DNA from: Candidatus Krumholzibacteriota bacterium
GTDB taxonomy: Bacteria > Krumholzibacteriota > Krumholzibacteriia > Krumholzibacteriales > Krumholzibacteriaceae
NCBI GenBank assembly: GCA_030667985.1
Contig: DAOUUU010000002.1
Location: forward strand, 9,653-73,652
Reading direction: 5' to 3'
DNA: 64,000 nucleotides
Positions 9,173 through 19,234 of the stretch are shown here, piece after piece. The notes under the pieces were generated by a model. The model saw nothing but the letters and a program-made list of their open reading frames with translations. It had not been told where the DNA came from and searched no databases. A program made the position numbers and the translations under genes. Each line of letters begins with the position of its first letter. Position 1 is the stretch's first letter.

Positions 9173-10355
9173 GGATGGACCGCCTGCGGCGGTAGAGCTC
9201 GTATGCGGCCAGGATGATAGTAAGGGCGACGGCCGAGCCGCCGCTCGAGAGGATCGTCCAGCCTCTGCTCGGAAGCGGGTAGCGCGCGACGAGGTAGTGC
9301 AGGCTCGACAGGAACCCGCCCGTCATGATGGCCCAGAAGAGCAGTTGGTTTCGCCCGATACTTTTTTTCATGATATATGCTATGAGCGGGTAGAAGACGA
9401 TGAAGGCTGGATTGAGCAGCCTCTCGTTGTTCGAGCCGAAGAGAGCGGCGAAGAATACCAGCGCAAGATAGAGAAGCAGATACTTCCGGCCCCGGAAGAA
9501 GCGGGCCGTCGCGCCTGCGAAGATCAGGGGCAGTGTGGTAAGGGGTACGAACGGGTTAACGAAGAGGTAGTAGAGCCCGTATGCCCTCGTCACCTTCTCC
9601 GAGTAAAGGATGAAGGCGCCGATCAGGGTCGGTCCGCCATCAGCGTAAAAGAATCCCCGGAAGATGGCAAAGATCGCGATTCCCGGAAATATGGCAAGTG
9701 ATGCGCGCGTGTACTCCTTTCCCGGCTCCCTCCGCTCGCGTAGATAGAGGAACACCGTCGGGATCATGACGAGAAATGTCTCACGCGTCAAGCTCGCGAG
9801 TGCCATCGCCAGGGCGAAAGCGAGCCATCGTCTCTCCAGCATCGACCAGAACATCCAGATGATGAAGATATTCATGAGGACATCGTTCGTGTGGAAGTAG
9901 TTCCAGGATGTAAAACCGAAGAAGTGCTTGTTGAAGGTATAGAGCACGGTCGCGGCCGCAGCGAGTGGCGGGTCGAACCCTATGTGCCGGATGAACCGGA
10001 ACAACAGGGCCGCGAGGGCTAGCGAGCAGAAACTGTTCAGCATGTAAAAAGAGGTGTCTATGTCAAAGGGCATGACTCCCGCGATGCAGGGCCCCAGTAC
10101 TCTGTATATGAACGGCCTCGGAACGAGCGGGTCGATTGAAGGGGAGGCGATTCCGATTGCCCTGTATTTATGGAGATCCCAGGCCGAGAAAAGCTCCCGT
10201 GTGTAGTCTATACGGCCGTAGAGACAGATCATAACCGCGGCGACGATGAGTGTCACCGCGAGAAGGAGGGTCTCCTGTCGACGACCGGTGGAGAGCGCGC
10301 TGTTCTGCTCGAAGATCGTGTTCATAAGGATATGGCGGAATCTTAAACCGTTCAC
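9162..10355 (-). CDS. polytopic integral membrane protein, possibly a GT-C-type glycosyltransferase
   Basis: 397 aa with about 10 predicted hydrophobic helices and aromatic-rich loops. No confident family assignment from sequence alone. Confidence 0.4.
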   Translation of the reverse strand: MNGLRFRHILMNTIFEQNSALSTGRRQETLLLAVTLIVAAVMICLYGRIDYTRELFSAWDLHKYRAIGIASPSIDPLVPRPFIYRVLGPCIAGVMPFDIDTSFYMLNSFCSLALAALLFRFIRHIGFDPPLAAAATVLYTFNKHFFGFTSWNYFHTNDVLMNIFIIWMFWSMLERRWLAFALAMALASLTRETFLVMIPTVFLYLRERREPGKEYTRASLAIFPGIAIFAIFRGFFYADGGPTLIGAFILYSEKVTRAYGLYYLFVNPFVPLTTLPLIFAGATARFFRGRKYLLLYLALVFFAALFGSNNERLLNPAFIVFYPLIAYIMKKSIGRNQLLFWAIMTGGFLSSLHYLVARYPLPSRGWTILSSGGSAVALTIILAAYELYRRRRSIPTD

Positions 10356-11110
10356 TCGAGGCCGAGAACGTCGTTCATCGTGTAGCGGCCTGCCGGTTTG
10401 CCCATGATGAACCTGATGGCCCGGATCGTGCCTCTCGCGAAGGTTCTTCTCGAGTGGGCGCGATGCGTGATCTCGAAGCGCTCCCCCTCGCCCGCGAAAA
10501 CTACAGTATGCTCGCCTGTCACGTCACCGCCCCGCAGGCTGTGGATCCCCAATTCATTCCCGGGCCGGGCCCCCAGCATGCCCGCACGGCCGTGAATCCG
10601 TTCGGTGCCGGGACGCGCCAGCTCGATAGCCTCTGCGATACGGGCCGCGGTTCCGCTCGGAGAATCCTTTTTCCTGTTGTGGTGTATCTCGATGATCTCG
10701 GCGTCGAAATCACTAAGGGCGGCCGCCACATCGCCCACTATCCGGAACATCAGATTGACGCCGGCCGACATGTTCGGGCTGATCAGGAGCGGTATATGCT
10801 TCTCCGCTTTTTGAGCCTGCTCGAGCTGTGCGGGCGTAAATCCGGTCGTGCCGACGACGATCGGCTTGCCCGCCGCCGCGCTCGCCTCGATATGCGAGAG
10901 GGCAGCCTCGGGATTTGTGAAGTCGACAACGACATTGCCGTCGGGCAGGAGCTCCTCAAGGTTGGAGGTGACCCGCACTCCCGAAACCGATCCATCGAGC
11001 CCCGGAACTTCGATTGCTCCCCCCAGTTCGAGGTCATCCTCGGCGGCTATTTCAGCGGCGACCGAACCGCCCATCCTGCCGAGGGAGCCGCAGAGAATGA
11101 TTCTGGTCAT
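10352..11110 (-). CDS. dapB: 4-hydroxy-tetrahydrodipicolinate reductase
   Basis: DapB signature EIIEIHHNRKKDSPSGTA. Lies immediately downstream of dapA on the same strand. Confidence 0.9.
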   Translation of the reverse strand: MTRIILCGSLGRMGGSVAAEIAAEDDLELGGAIEVPGLDGSVSGVRVTSNLEELLPDGNVVVDFTNPEAALSHIEASAAAGKPIVVGTTGFTPAQLEQAQKAEKHIPLLISPNMSAGVNLMFRIVGDVAAALSDFDAEIIEIHHNRKKDSPSGTAARIAEAIELARPGTERIHGRAGMLGARPGNELGIHSLRGGDVTGEHTVVFAGEGERFEITHRAHSRRTFARGTIRAIRFIMGKPAGRYTMNDVLGLE

Positions 11111-11188
11111 CTGATTTCACCCCTTGTGTGGATGCACGCGCCTGCTTCCGGGCGCTTCACGCCCGAAGGTCCGAGTGCAACTTATAGA

Positions 11189-12064
11189 TCATGAAAGGAT
11201 ACCGTAGTTGGCGAGCGCCGCGCGAAGCCGCTCCAGGTTTTCGGGAAGCATCCTGACAAGCGGCAGCCTTACATTCCCCACGCCCATACCGAGGATGTTC
11301 ATCGCTTCCTTGACCGGCATCGGATTCGTCTCTATGAACATAGACTGGCTCAGCGGCAGGAGTTTGTAGTGCCAGGAGCGGGTGTCGTCGAGCTTCTTCT
11401 TGTCGAAGGCGCGGAGCATCGACAGGACATCCTTCGGCACGATATTACCGACCACGCTGACAACGCCCTTGCCCCCGATCGCGAGGACCGGGAATGTCAG
11501 GGTGTCGTCTCCCGAAAGCAGATCGATGCTTTCGCCGCAGCGCAATATGATTTCCGCCATCTGCTCGATGTTGCCGCTCGCTTCCTTGACCGCCACGATC
11601 TGCCCGTGCTTCGAGAGCTTCTCCACCGTCTTGGGAAGCATATTGAGGCCGGTCCGCCCGGGGACGTTGTAGAGCATCAGGGGCAAGCCTCCCTCGTCTG
11701 CGAGCTTGATGAAGTGGGCGAAGAGGCCTTCTTGCGTCGGCTTGTTGTAGTAGGGGGTCACGACCATGGCCCCGTTCGCTCCGATATCGGCCGCCTTCTT
11801 GAGGTTCTCGATCGATTTGGTCGTCGAGTTCGTGCCGCAGCCCGCGATGACCTCGATCTTCCCCGCAGCCTCTTCGACGACGATCTCGATAATGCGGAAG
11901 TGCTCTTCCCATGTGTAAGTCGGGTTTTCGCTGGTGGTTGCGCATGGGACGAGACCGTTCGTCCCGGCATCGATGTGGAAATGCACCAATTCGCGGAGTT
12001 TTTCCTCGTTAAGGCTTCCATCATCTTTAAATGGCGTAACGAGAGCTATATAGAGACCTTTCAT
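11189..12064 (-). CDS. dapA: 4-hydroxy-tetrahydrodipicolinate synthase
   Basis: 291 aa. Motifs GTNGLVPCATTSENPT and Schiff-base lysine region VAVKEASGNI. Confidence 0.9.
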   Translation of the reverse strand: MKGLYIALVTPFKDDGSLNEEKLRELVHFHIDAGTNGLVPCATTSENPTYTWEEHFRIIEIVVEEAAGKIEVIAGCGTNSTTKSIENLKKAADIGANGAMVVTPYYNKPTQEGLFAHFIKLADEGGLPLMLYNVPGRTGLNMLPKTVEKLSKHGQIVAVKEASGNIEQMAEIILRCGESIDLLSGDDTLTFPVLAIGGKGVVSVVGNIVPKDVLSMLRAFDKKKLDDTRSWHYKLLPLSQSMFIETNPMPVKEAMNILGMGVGNVRLPLVRMLPENLERLRAALANYGILS

Positions 12065-12285
12065 GTCGACCCCCCAGCTTCCTTGTGTCTCGATCGGTTC
12101 AAGAGCTCAATTCAGCATTGAGACTACGTTTTTTCCTTCTGCAGTGTCAAGCCCTATAGCCCGCATTGACATAACATATTATTATATAACTATTTATACG
12201 TTCAAGCCGGCCGATCTCCAGAGCAGCGAAAAATTATGAAAAACAACCTTGACTTATTTGAATATTATAATATTATTATGTTACT

Positions 12286-12621
12286 ATGCGAGAGAAACAA
12301 AAGAGCAACAAGGATGAAGAAAAGTCGTGGGAGCCCCTTCTCGAGAACGACATCGAGCGTTTCACCGAGATCCTCAAGGCGCTGGCAAACCCGGCACGCC
12401 TGAGGCTCGTCAACATACTTTCCGGCGGAGAGTATACGGTCAACGAGCTGTGCGAACTGGCGGGCCTTAAGCAATCGCTTGTCTCCCAGCAGCTGAAGAT
12501 CCTGAGGTTGAACAATATCGTTCAGTACAGGAAGCAGGTGCCCCACACCTACTACAGTCTAAAGGATCGAAATGTCGTTAGTATGCTGCACTGTCTAAGC
12601 CGGTGCGGCGATTTGAAGTGA
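12286..12621 (+). CDS. ArsR/SmtB family transcriptional regulator
   Basis: HTH_20 motif ILKALANPARLRLVNILSGGEYTVNELCELAGLKQSLVSQQLKILRLNNIV. An AT-rich divergent promoter region (12065-12285) lies upstream, with TTGACT-N16-TATTAT at about 12250. Confidence 0.75.
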   Translation: MREKQKSNKDEEKSWEPLLENDIERFTEILKALANPARLRLVNILSGGEYTVNELCELAGLKQSLVSQQLKILRLNNIVQYRKQVPHTYYSLKDRNVVSMLHCLSRCGDLK

Positions 12622-12638
12622 ACACGCAAGGAGGAACG

Positions 12639-12968
12639 ATGAGCGAGAATATCATTCATGTGACCGACGGCGATTTCCAGGGCCAGGTGCTCGATTCCGA
12701 GGTCCCCGTCGTAGTCGATTTCTGGGCGCCATGGTGCGGTCCCTGCCTGATAATCGCTCCTGCCCTCGAGGAGCTGGCCACCGAGTACGAGGGCAAGGTA
12801 AGATTCACCAAGCTTAATACAGAGGATAACCATGATACGGCCGTCAAGTACGGCATCATGAGCATCCCGACGATCAAGATCTTCAAGGGCGGCGATGAGG
12901 TCGGCTCGATGTCGGGAGCGGCCCCTAAGGATTACATGAAGGAATTCATAGATAATTCGATTGGTTGA
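12639..12968 (+). CDS. trxA: thioredoxin
   Basis: WAPWCGPC active site in a 110-aa protein. RBS AAGGAGGA 4 nt upstream of ATG 12639. Confidence 0.9.
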   Translation: MSENIIHVTDGDFQGQVLDSEVPVVVDFWAPWCGPCLIIAPALEELATEYEGKVRFTKLNTEDNHDTAVKYGIMSIPTIKIFKGGDEVGSMSGAAPKDYMKEFIDNSIG

Positions 12969-13179
12969 CGGCGGAGCGGCCGTAATAGCAATCGCTGAAG
13001 TGCCCGGACCAGCCAGGACCGGGCACTTTGCTTGTCCTCTCGGTAGAAGAGCGCACTTGGCAAGCGCCCTCTCTCTCGTATATACTCGTTCCTGAAGAAT
13101 TTCGCATGGATAGCGTTCGCCGGGCACTGCCGGCTGGCGGCGCGGACGGTGGACGGACCGGGCTCAGCAAGGGGGAGAC

Positions 13180-14709
13180 TTGAAGGAATTACCCTTTCTC
13201 ACCGGAGCTCAGGGCAAGGGCCCATTGCTTGTCTTGCTCTTCTTCATCTCCGCGACGGTCGTGACTGTCTGGGGGACCTGGGAAGGGACTCTGCCCGCAT
13301 CGGGAGAATCTGTTCTGGCCGAGATGGGCAGGGAGATACTCGTAACGGGTGACGGCTGGACCATGCACTTCGACTTCGAGCCGGTTGGCGATGTCTCGCC
13401 CCTGCCGCTCTGGTTCATGGCGGCCTGCTACAGGATCATAGGAGTGAATGAATTCTCGGCCCGGCTTCCGTTCGTCCTGTTTGCCGTTCTTGCCCTCTTT
13501 CTCACATATCTGATGGGGATGGAAGGAGCTGATTCCGGCAGGCGGAGCGAAGAATGGATAAACCGTAGCCGGGCGATCGGGCTTCTATCGGCCATCATAC
13601 TGGCATCGAGCCCGTTTTTCGGAAGGTATGCGCCGCATATCTTCCCGGCCGTGCCGCACGCGTTCTTCTCTGCGCTCGCTCTGCTGGGCCTGCTCTCGCT
13701 GCCCGGCGGGCGATCGGGATATATTCTGTGGGCGATCGGTCTCGCCGGTTCGATCTTTATATCCGGAGCGTCCGGCGCAGCAATTGTCGCCGGCGCTCTT
13801 GTAGTTTGTGTCGCCGATAGGGACCGGCGGTGCGTAGTGCGGAACGGCTGGTTCCTGCTCGCCACCGTCGTGGCTCTCGCGGCCGGCGGCGTCTGGCTGG
13901 TCTTGAACGCTCCGACTGGCGGAGGTGGCTTCTACGATAACCAGCTATGGGCCGGGTTCGCCGGATTCGCTCGCCCCCAGCAGGGGATATTAAAAGCGAT
14001 CTACGGTCAGATAAAGAATGTCTGGCTGCTCAATCTTCCCTGGTCGGTAGTTGCAACGCTCGCATTTTTACAGGCCATCTTGATTTATGGAAAGGAGGCC
14101 GCCAACCGGGGGATCGAGTCGATTGACCGCGCACTTGCTCTCTTCATCGCCGTCGTATTCGCGATTCTCGCCTTCACAAGCCCGGGAAAGACCGAGCAGC
14201 TTATTATTCTCATGCCGGCCGTTGCGGTGCTCTCGGCGCGCGAGATTACGAGATGGATAAATGGCAAGTCTCCCGAAAGGACCCTTTCGAGGCTCTGGTC
14301 ATTCAACCAGGCGATGGTGTCGATCTTTTGCCTTCTCATGCTTCTGCTGCTCGCCACGCCGCTTCGTCTTCACAGGGTCGATGTCGATCCCATCAAGGAG
14401 GTCGCCATGATGGCGAACCAGCAAGCGGGAGAGGGAGAGAGCATTGGCAATTACAACCAGCCATACAGGACTCAGGGAGCGAGGATGCTCTTCTACGGTG
14501 GCAGGTCTCTAGACAGGCCCTTCAGCGAGCCGGGCCCTGTTGCCGGAACATTCGAGCGAGATCCGGGAAAGATCTTCCTCTCCACGTTCGAAGACTTCAA
14601 GTCTCTCCGCGAATCTGAAGAAATAGATGTCGGGCTTCATATGATCTACCGCGCCGGATCGCTCGTGTTGTTCAGCGCGAGCAGCGGTCCCGAAGAGGTT
14701 CCACGGTAG
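13180..14709 (+). CDS. GT39/ArnT-PMT_2-like membrane glycosyltransferase family protein
   Basis: 509 aa. N-terminal multi-TM domain with periplasmic loops (GTWEGTLPASGESVLAEMGREILVTGDGW...PLWFMAACYRIIGVNEFSARLPF) and a C-terminal soluble domain. The start is a TTG with GGGGGAG RBS, so uncertain. Confidence 0.5.
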   Translation: MKELPFLTGAQGKGPLLVLLFFISATVVTVWGTWEGTLPASGESVLAEMGREILVTGDGWTMHFDFEPVGDVSPLPLWFMAACYRIIGVNEFSARLPFVLFAVLALFLTYLMGMEGADSGRRSEEWINRSRAIGLLSAIILASSPFFGRYAPHIFPAVPHAFFSALALLGLLSLPGGRSGYILWAIGLAGSIFISGASGAAIVAGALVVCVADRDRRCVVRNGWFLLATVVALAAGGVWLVLNAPTGGGGFYDNQLWAGFAGFARPQQGILKAIYGQIKNVWLLNLPWSVVATLAFLQAILIYGKEAANRGIESIDRALALFIAVVFAILAFTSPGKTEQLIILMPAVAVLSAREITRWINGKSPERTLSRLWSFNQAMVSIFCLLMLLLLATPLRLHRVDVDPIKEVAMMANQQAGEGESIGNYNQPYRTQGARMLFYGGRSLDRPFSEPGPVAGTFERDPGKIFLSTFEDFKSLRESEEIDVGLHMIYRAGSLVLFSASSGPEEVPR

Positions 14710-14753
14710 CCGCCCTCGAGCAGAAAGAATCAATCAACAACGGAGGATCCAAG

Positions 14754-16151
14754 ATGGCAAAGAAGATGACTATTCTCCTGTCCCTGATCCTTGTGCTATG
14801 CATCGGCGGGTGTGGTGGGAAGGTCGATCTCGACAGGACGGGCCTCGTGAAACTGACAGATCACGTTTACGCTTTCATCGCCCCGGGGCCGGAGGCCGAA
14901 GACGGGCTCGGCGCCAACAGCGGTTTCGTCGTGGGCAATGAGGCGGTCCTCATCATAGACTCGAGATATACACCCGGGCTTGCCCGGGAGCTGCTCGAAG
15001 CTATCCGCGGTGTGACCGGCCTGCCGGTCAAATACCTCGTTAATACGCACTACCATCCCGACCATACATGGGGCAACTCCGTGTTCAAGGAGGAGGGCGC
15101 CCGTATTCTCTCCTGCCTCAAGACCGACAAACTTATCCAAAGATATTCTCCAGCCTATCTCGATCATTACAAGAGGCGCGCCCCCGGTATATACGAACTA
15201 TTGAAGGATGTCGAGATCGTGCTTCCCGACAGTATTCTTGCCGAGGACATCTCTATAGATCTCGGCGGCGTCCTGGTTCGGCTCGAGTGCGTGGGGGCCG
15301 CGCACACGGCTAGCGACTGTATAGTCTCCGTGCCGGACGAGGGCGTTCTCTTTGCCGGCGGCCTTGTCAGTAACGGATACCACCCCAACCTTGGAGATCC
15401 AGGTATAGACCTGGAACACTGGCTGTCGACTCTCGAACGTCTGGAGACCGTAGGGTTCAAGTACATCGTGCCGGGCCAGGGGAAGGCGGGAACGGCGGAT
15501 CTCCTCGGCGAACAGAAGGTGTATATAACGAAGCTCAAAGAGCGTTGCAGGAAGGCGATAGGAGAAGGGGTTTCGCTCGACAGGGCCACTGAAGAGATAA
15601 TGGTTCCCGGGGCCGAGCTCTACGAGCAGCAGAACCTGCTCGCATTCAACATACAGGCTATCTACCGGAGTGAAGCGCTGGACGTTGTGCGGCCTCCATT
15701 CCGGTTTCTCGCTCCGCAGAGGTACATCCTCTCGGACGGAGCAGGCGACACACTGTCCGGATTTATCCGCTGGATCCGGGAATCGAGCAATGGCCGGTAT
15801 GAGATCGAGGTGAAGTGGCAGCCGACCATCCGTAGCGAGATCATAGCTCAGGATCTGAGGGATCTGTTGGCAGAGCACCTTGTGAGCAACAAGGATCTCA
15901 AGATGGAGATCGAGGGCTCCAAGAGGATCTGGATCGAAGATATGAATGCTCACGCCCTGTACGGTGAATGGAGGTACGCGGGCGGCCTCGGCTCACCCTC
16001 GGGATCCTGGGAATGGATCATGGGCAAGAAGGAGGAATCGCTCTTCACCATGAGGCTCTCGGTGAGCGGGGGGAGAAGCAAAGAGGAGAATCTCGGGGGG
16101 ATCGAGGTGCTCGAGCGCCTGATCACGACCATCAAATTCGGTTCGGAGTAG
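14754..16151 (+). CDS. MBL-fold metallo-hydrolase lipoprotein with C-terminal extra domain
   Basis: Lipobox LVLCIGGCGG. Metallo-beta-lactamase motif HYHPDHTWGN. About 180-aa C-terminal domain of unknown function. Confidence 0.7.
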   Translation: MAKKMTILLSLILVLCIGGCGGKVDLDRTGLVKLTDHVYAFIAPGPEAEDGLGANSGFVVGNEAVLIIDSRYTPGLARELLEAIRGVTGLPVKYLVNTHYHPDHTWGNSVFKEEGARILSCLKTDKLIQRYSPAYLDHYKRRAPGIYELLKDVEIVLPDSILAEDISIDLGGVLVRLECVGAAHTASDCIVSVPDEGVLFAGGLVSNGYHPNLGDPGIDLEHWLSTLERLETVGFKYIVPGQGKAGTADLLGEQKVYITKLKERCRKAIGEGVSLDRATEEIMVPGAELYEQQNLLAFNIQAIYRSEALDVVRPPFRFLAPQRYILSDGAGDTLSGFIRWIRESSNGRYEIEVKWQPTIRSEIIAQDLRDLLAEHLVSNKDLKMEIEGSKRIWIEDMNAHALYGEWRYAGGLGSPSGSWEWIMGKKEESLFTMRLSVSGGRSKEENLGGIEVLERLITTIKFGSE

Positions 16152-16160
16152 CGGAGCCGA

Positions 16161-17363
16161 TCACGCGCCGTGCTTCTTGAGCTTGCCGGCGTTGGCGAGT
16201 GCGAGCTCCATGATCTTCGTTGCGGGAAAGACCCCCAGCGCCCCGCGGTCGCATCCGCTCTCACTGAACTCTTCCGTATCATCGCGTCCGCAGACCGTCG
16301 AGTTTATAACAAACGGCACAGGGTGCCACGAATGGCTCTTCATGGCGCAGGGTGTCGAGTGGTCTCCTGTGATGATCAGGACATCCGGTTCGAGATCGAG
16401 GATCATGGACAGCCTGGCATCTACCTCCTCGATTATCCGCGCCTTGCCGCCCAGGTTTCCGTCTTCGCCGTACGAGTCGGTCTTCTTGATGTGGATGAAG
16501 AAGAAGTCGTGCCCGCTGTAGGCCGATCTCAGTGTCTCGAACTCCTCCTCGACACTGGACCCAGTTTCGATGACTTTCATTCCACAGAGTCCAGCGATGC
16601 CGCGGTAGAGGGGGTAGGATGCTATTGCCGCCGCCTCCAGGCCGTATCTCTCGCCGAACGGTTCGAGAGCCGGCATGCGGGAGATGCCCCGCAGGAGAAG
16701 GGCATTCGCCTTCGGTTCGTTCGCAAGAGCTTTTTCCGCCCTCTTGATGAATTCGATTATGATGTCCCGTGTGCGCTCCGAGGCCTTGTCCAGCGCCACA
16801 GGCTGGAGCGGCTTCTTGCCGGTAAGCTGGGGATCGGTCTCCTCGACAGCGGGAGAGAGGCCCTTGCCCCTCAGCACGACACCGAAGCGGTACTCCATGA
16901 CGGGCATAACGATGACCTCGACGCCGTCGATATCGCCGATATTCTCCTGGAGCAAGGCGCAAACGCGAACGCTTTCCTCGTGGGGCAGCCTTCCCGCCCG
17001 ACGGTCGGTCAGCACGCCCTTCCCGTCCACCGTCGCGAAGTTGCCCCTGATGGCGATATCATTATCCTTTAAACGGAAGCCGGCACCCGTAACCTCGATC
17101 ACTCCCCTGCCGATGTCGTGTTCGGGAGCGAGAGGATCGTACCCGAAGAGGGCTAGATGAGCGGGCCCGCTTCCGGGCGTGATCCCGTGCGAGATCGGCA
17201 GGCTTCTGCCGCACAGGCCGGCTGCCGCGACGCTGTCCATGTTCGGCGTGCGCGCCTGTTCGAGCGCGGTCCTGGGAAATTCAGCGCTGCGGATACCTCC
17301 GAGACCATCAAGTACGAGCATGACTATCTTCGCGTCGTTCGGCCGTAACAGATGTCGCAACAT
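16161..17363 (-). CDS. apgM: ApgM-type (archaeal-type) 2,3-bisphosphoglycerate-independent phosphoglycerate mutase family protein
   Basis: N-terminal KIVMLVLDGLGG and metalloenzyme-superfamily layout. ATG at 17363 is preceded by GGAGG; the ORF track extends to a TTG at 17369. A possible TTGACA-N16-TATACC promoter lies at 17398-17425 on the minus strand. Confidence 0.75.
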   Translation of the reverse strand: MLRHLLRPNDAKIVMLVLDGLGGIRSAEFPRTALEQARTPNMDSVAAAGLCGRSLPISHGITPGSGPAHLALFGYDPLAPEHDIGRGVIEVTGAGFRLKDNDIAIRGNFATVDGKGVLTDRRAGRLPHEESVRVCALLQENIGDIDGVEVIVMPVMEYRFGVVLRGKGLSPAVEETDPQLTGKKPLQPVALDKASERTRDIIIEFIKRAEKALANEPKANALLLRGISRMPALEPFGERYGLEAAAIASYPLYRGIAGLCGMKVIETGSSVEEEFETLRSAYSGHDFFFIHIKKTDSYGEDGNLGGKARIIEEVDARLSMILDLEPDVLIITGDHSTPCAMKSHSWHPVPFVINSTVCGRDDTEEFSESGCDRGALGVFPATKIMELALANAGKLKKHGA

Positions 17364-17578
17364 GGGCAACTACCTCCTCTACGAGTGCAGGGTCAAGGGT
17401 ATAGGTAAACAGAGCGGTGTGTCAAGAGAGCAGCGCGGCGGCCCGCTGGCAGGGCCTTGTGTCCGCTCCATGCCAGGCGCGAATCTTTTCCCCGGCCGGG
17501 TTGACACGGGATGGGGCTCTCACGTAAAATAATACCGATACGTATTGCTCATTGTTCACTATTAACGAGAGGGCTGAT

Positions 17579-19096
17579 ATGAGATTGAACGGATTGCTGT
17601 TAAGCAGGGTGGGCGCCCTACGGAGGTTTCGGATTGTTTCACTGGTGTGTGTTCTACTGCTCTTTGGGTGCGGCGCAGAGGAGGAGCCCCGGATCGCGTG
17701 TGTGGATCCGTTACCGCGCGTGATCCAGGTGGAGAACGAACTGGAAGCGATCAAGGCCTGGGTAACGAGCGGGCAGAAGGCCGATCTGCTCCTCAGGTTT
17801 GATTCGAGCGATGATATCGAGATAGTGCATCCCACCCTCGCCCAGAGCATGAAGAACGCGGCCGACCACCTGAAAAAGGGAAACACGGATGTTCTGGACC
17901 AGGTAGCGCCGCTACTCGAGACGAGCGGCGTCGTTGCACTGGGCCGTGCCGCCGGCCTCTACAAGCGTGTAGTGTGGGTCCTGCCAGTGTTCACCTCGAT
18001 CGGCAATCTGCCCCTCGACGGGTTCAAGTCGTTTCTGGTCACGAAGAGGGGATACAGCCCGCAGGAACTGACCGATCTCACTCGGGACGGCAAGTATATC
18101 ACCGGCACGCTCGGCGGCGTGCCCCTGACCGTCACGAACCTCGAGGATCTGAGCCTTGAGGGCGAAACGGCACTCATAGATATAGATCTTTCCTTCTTCA
18201 CGGGAATTCCGGGGGCCGCGATCGGTTACGGGCCCGGCACGGCGCTGGCGCTCGAATTTCTAAGAGCGCTGAGTATGAAGCAGGTCTCGACACGCCTGGT
18301 GACCGTCACTCTCTCGAATACGACACGTGTCGTACCTTTAGAGTTTCGTTATATGGGCACAGTTTTATCGGAGGCCCTCGAGGATCCGACGGCCCTGGGC
18401 CAATCGCCGCCGGTTAAGCTGTCGATCTCAGCTGAAGCGGAGAGGGCGATGTTCGAGGAAAGGACGGCGGCGGCCGACAGCATATACCGCGTACTGGTCG
18501 AGGCGAATCCTCTCGTGTCCGGTTTTCATTATTCCCTCGCCATGACGAGTGGCCTGCTCCGGAATGCGGAGGATTGCGCCGCCCACCTTGACGAAGCCTG
18601 CCGTCTCGATCCTGTGTATGCGCAGGGGCTGTTCCAGATCGCCAATAAGCTCGCCGCGAACGGCAGCCTATCCACGGCGGAAGATCTTTTGAGCCGGTCC
18701 GCGGTGCGGGGGGCCTACAAGGATAACGAGTTGAGCTACGGCACGGGCGTCATGTATGTGATGGCCGCCGCTCCGGACAGGGCGCTTCCCTTCCTGCAGG
18801 ACGCGGCCCGGTTCGATCAGGACGACTTCAGGCTCCAGAACCTCATCTACAGGACGAGCCGCGACGCCGGTGATGACGAGGGGATGATCGGGGCGCTGGA
18901 GATGCTCTGCGAGATCGATTCCGAGACGGTGAATCAGCATATGCCATGGGTCTACCGTGAGTTGGGTATCCTCTATGAGAAACGGGGAACCAGACAACAG
19001 GCGGGAAGGATGTACCGGCAATATCTCGAAGCCGTCCCGTCCGATTCTACAGCTGTGGAACTCAGGGCGAAGATACGGGAATACATGAAAATGTAA
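17579..19096 (+). CDS. TPR-repeat lipoprotein with uncharacterised N-terminal domain
   Basis: Signal/lipobox LLLFGCG. C-terminal half has TPR-like helical repeats (YRVLVEANPLVSGFHYSLAMT..., YRELGILYEKRGTRQQAGRMYRQYLEAVP). ATG 17579 has a GAGAGGG RBS. Confidence 0.5.
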   Translation: MRLNGLLLSRVGALRRFRIVSLVCVLLLFGCGAEEEPRIACVDPLPRVIQVENELEAIKAWVTSGQKADLLLRFDSSDDIEIVHPTLAQSMKNAADHLKKGNTDVLDQVAPLLETSGVVALGRAAGLYKRVVWVLPVFTSIGNLPLDGFKSFLVTKRGYSPQELTDLTRDGKYITGTLGGVPLTVTNLEDLSLEGETALIDIDLSFFTGIPGAAIGYGPGTALALEFLRALSMKQVSTRLVTVTLSNTTRVVPLEFRYMGTVLSEALEDPTALGQSPPVKLSISAEAERAMFEERTAAADSIYRVLVEANPLVSGFHYSLAMTSGLLRNAEDCAAHLDEACRLDPVYAQGLFQIANKLAANGSLSTAEDLLSRSAVRGAYKDNELSYGTGVMYVMAAAPDRALPFLQDAARFDQDDFRLQNLIYRTSRDAGDDEGMIGALEMLCEIDSETVNQHMPWVYRELGILYEKRGTRQQAGRMYRQYLEAVPSDSTAVELRAKIREYMKM

Positions 19097-19234
19097 GTGC
19101 CTGTTCCGCCGCCGCTTGACTGTTTACACGTCCAGGCTCATATTTATCACCGACGCGGTAACAATTTGCGTCCACGCGACGTACTATATACTGTCATTTG
19201 GCTATCAAAAGAGGTTTCCCTCTAAGGAGTTTCA

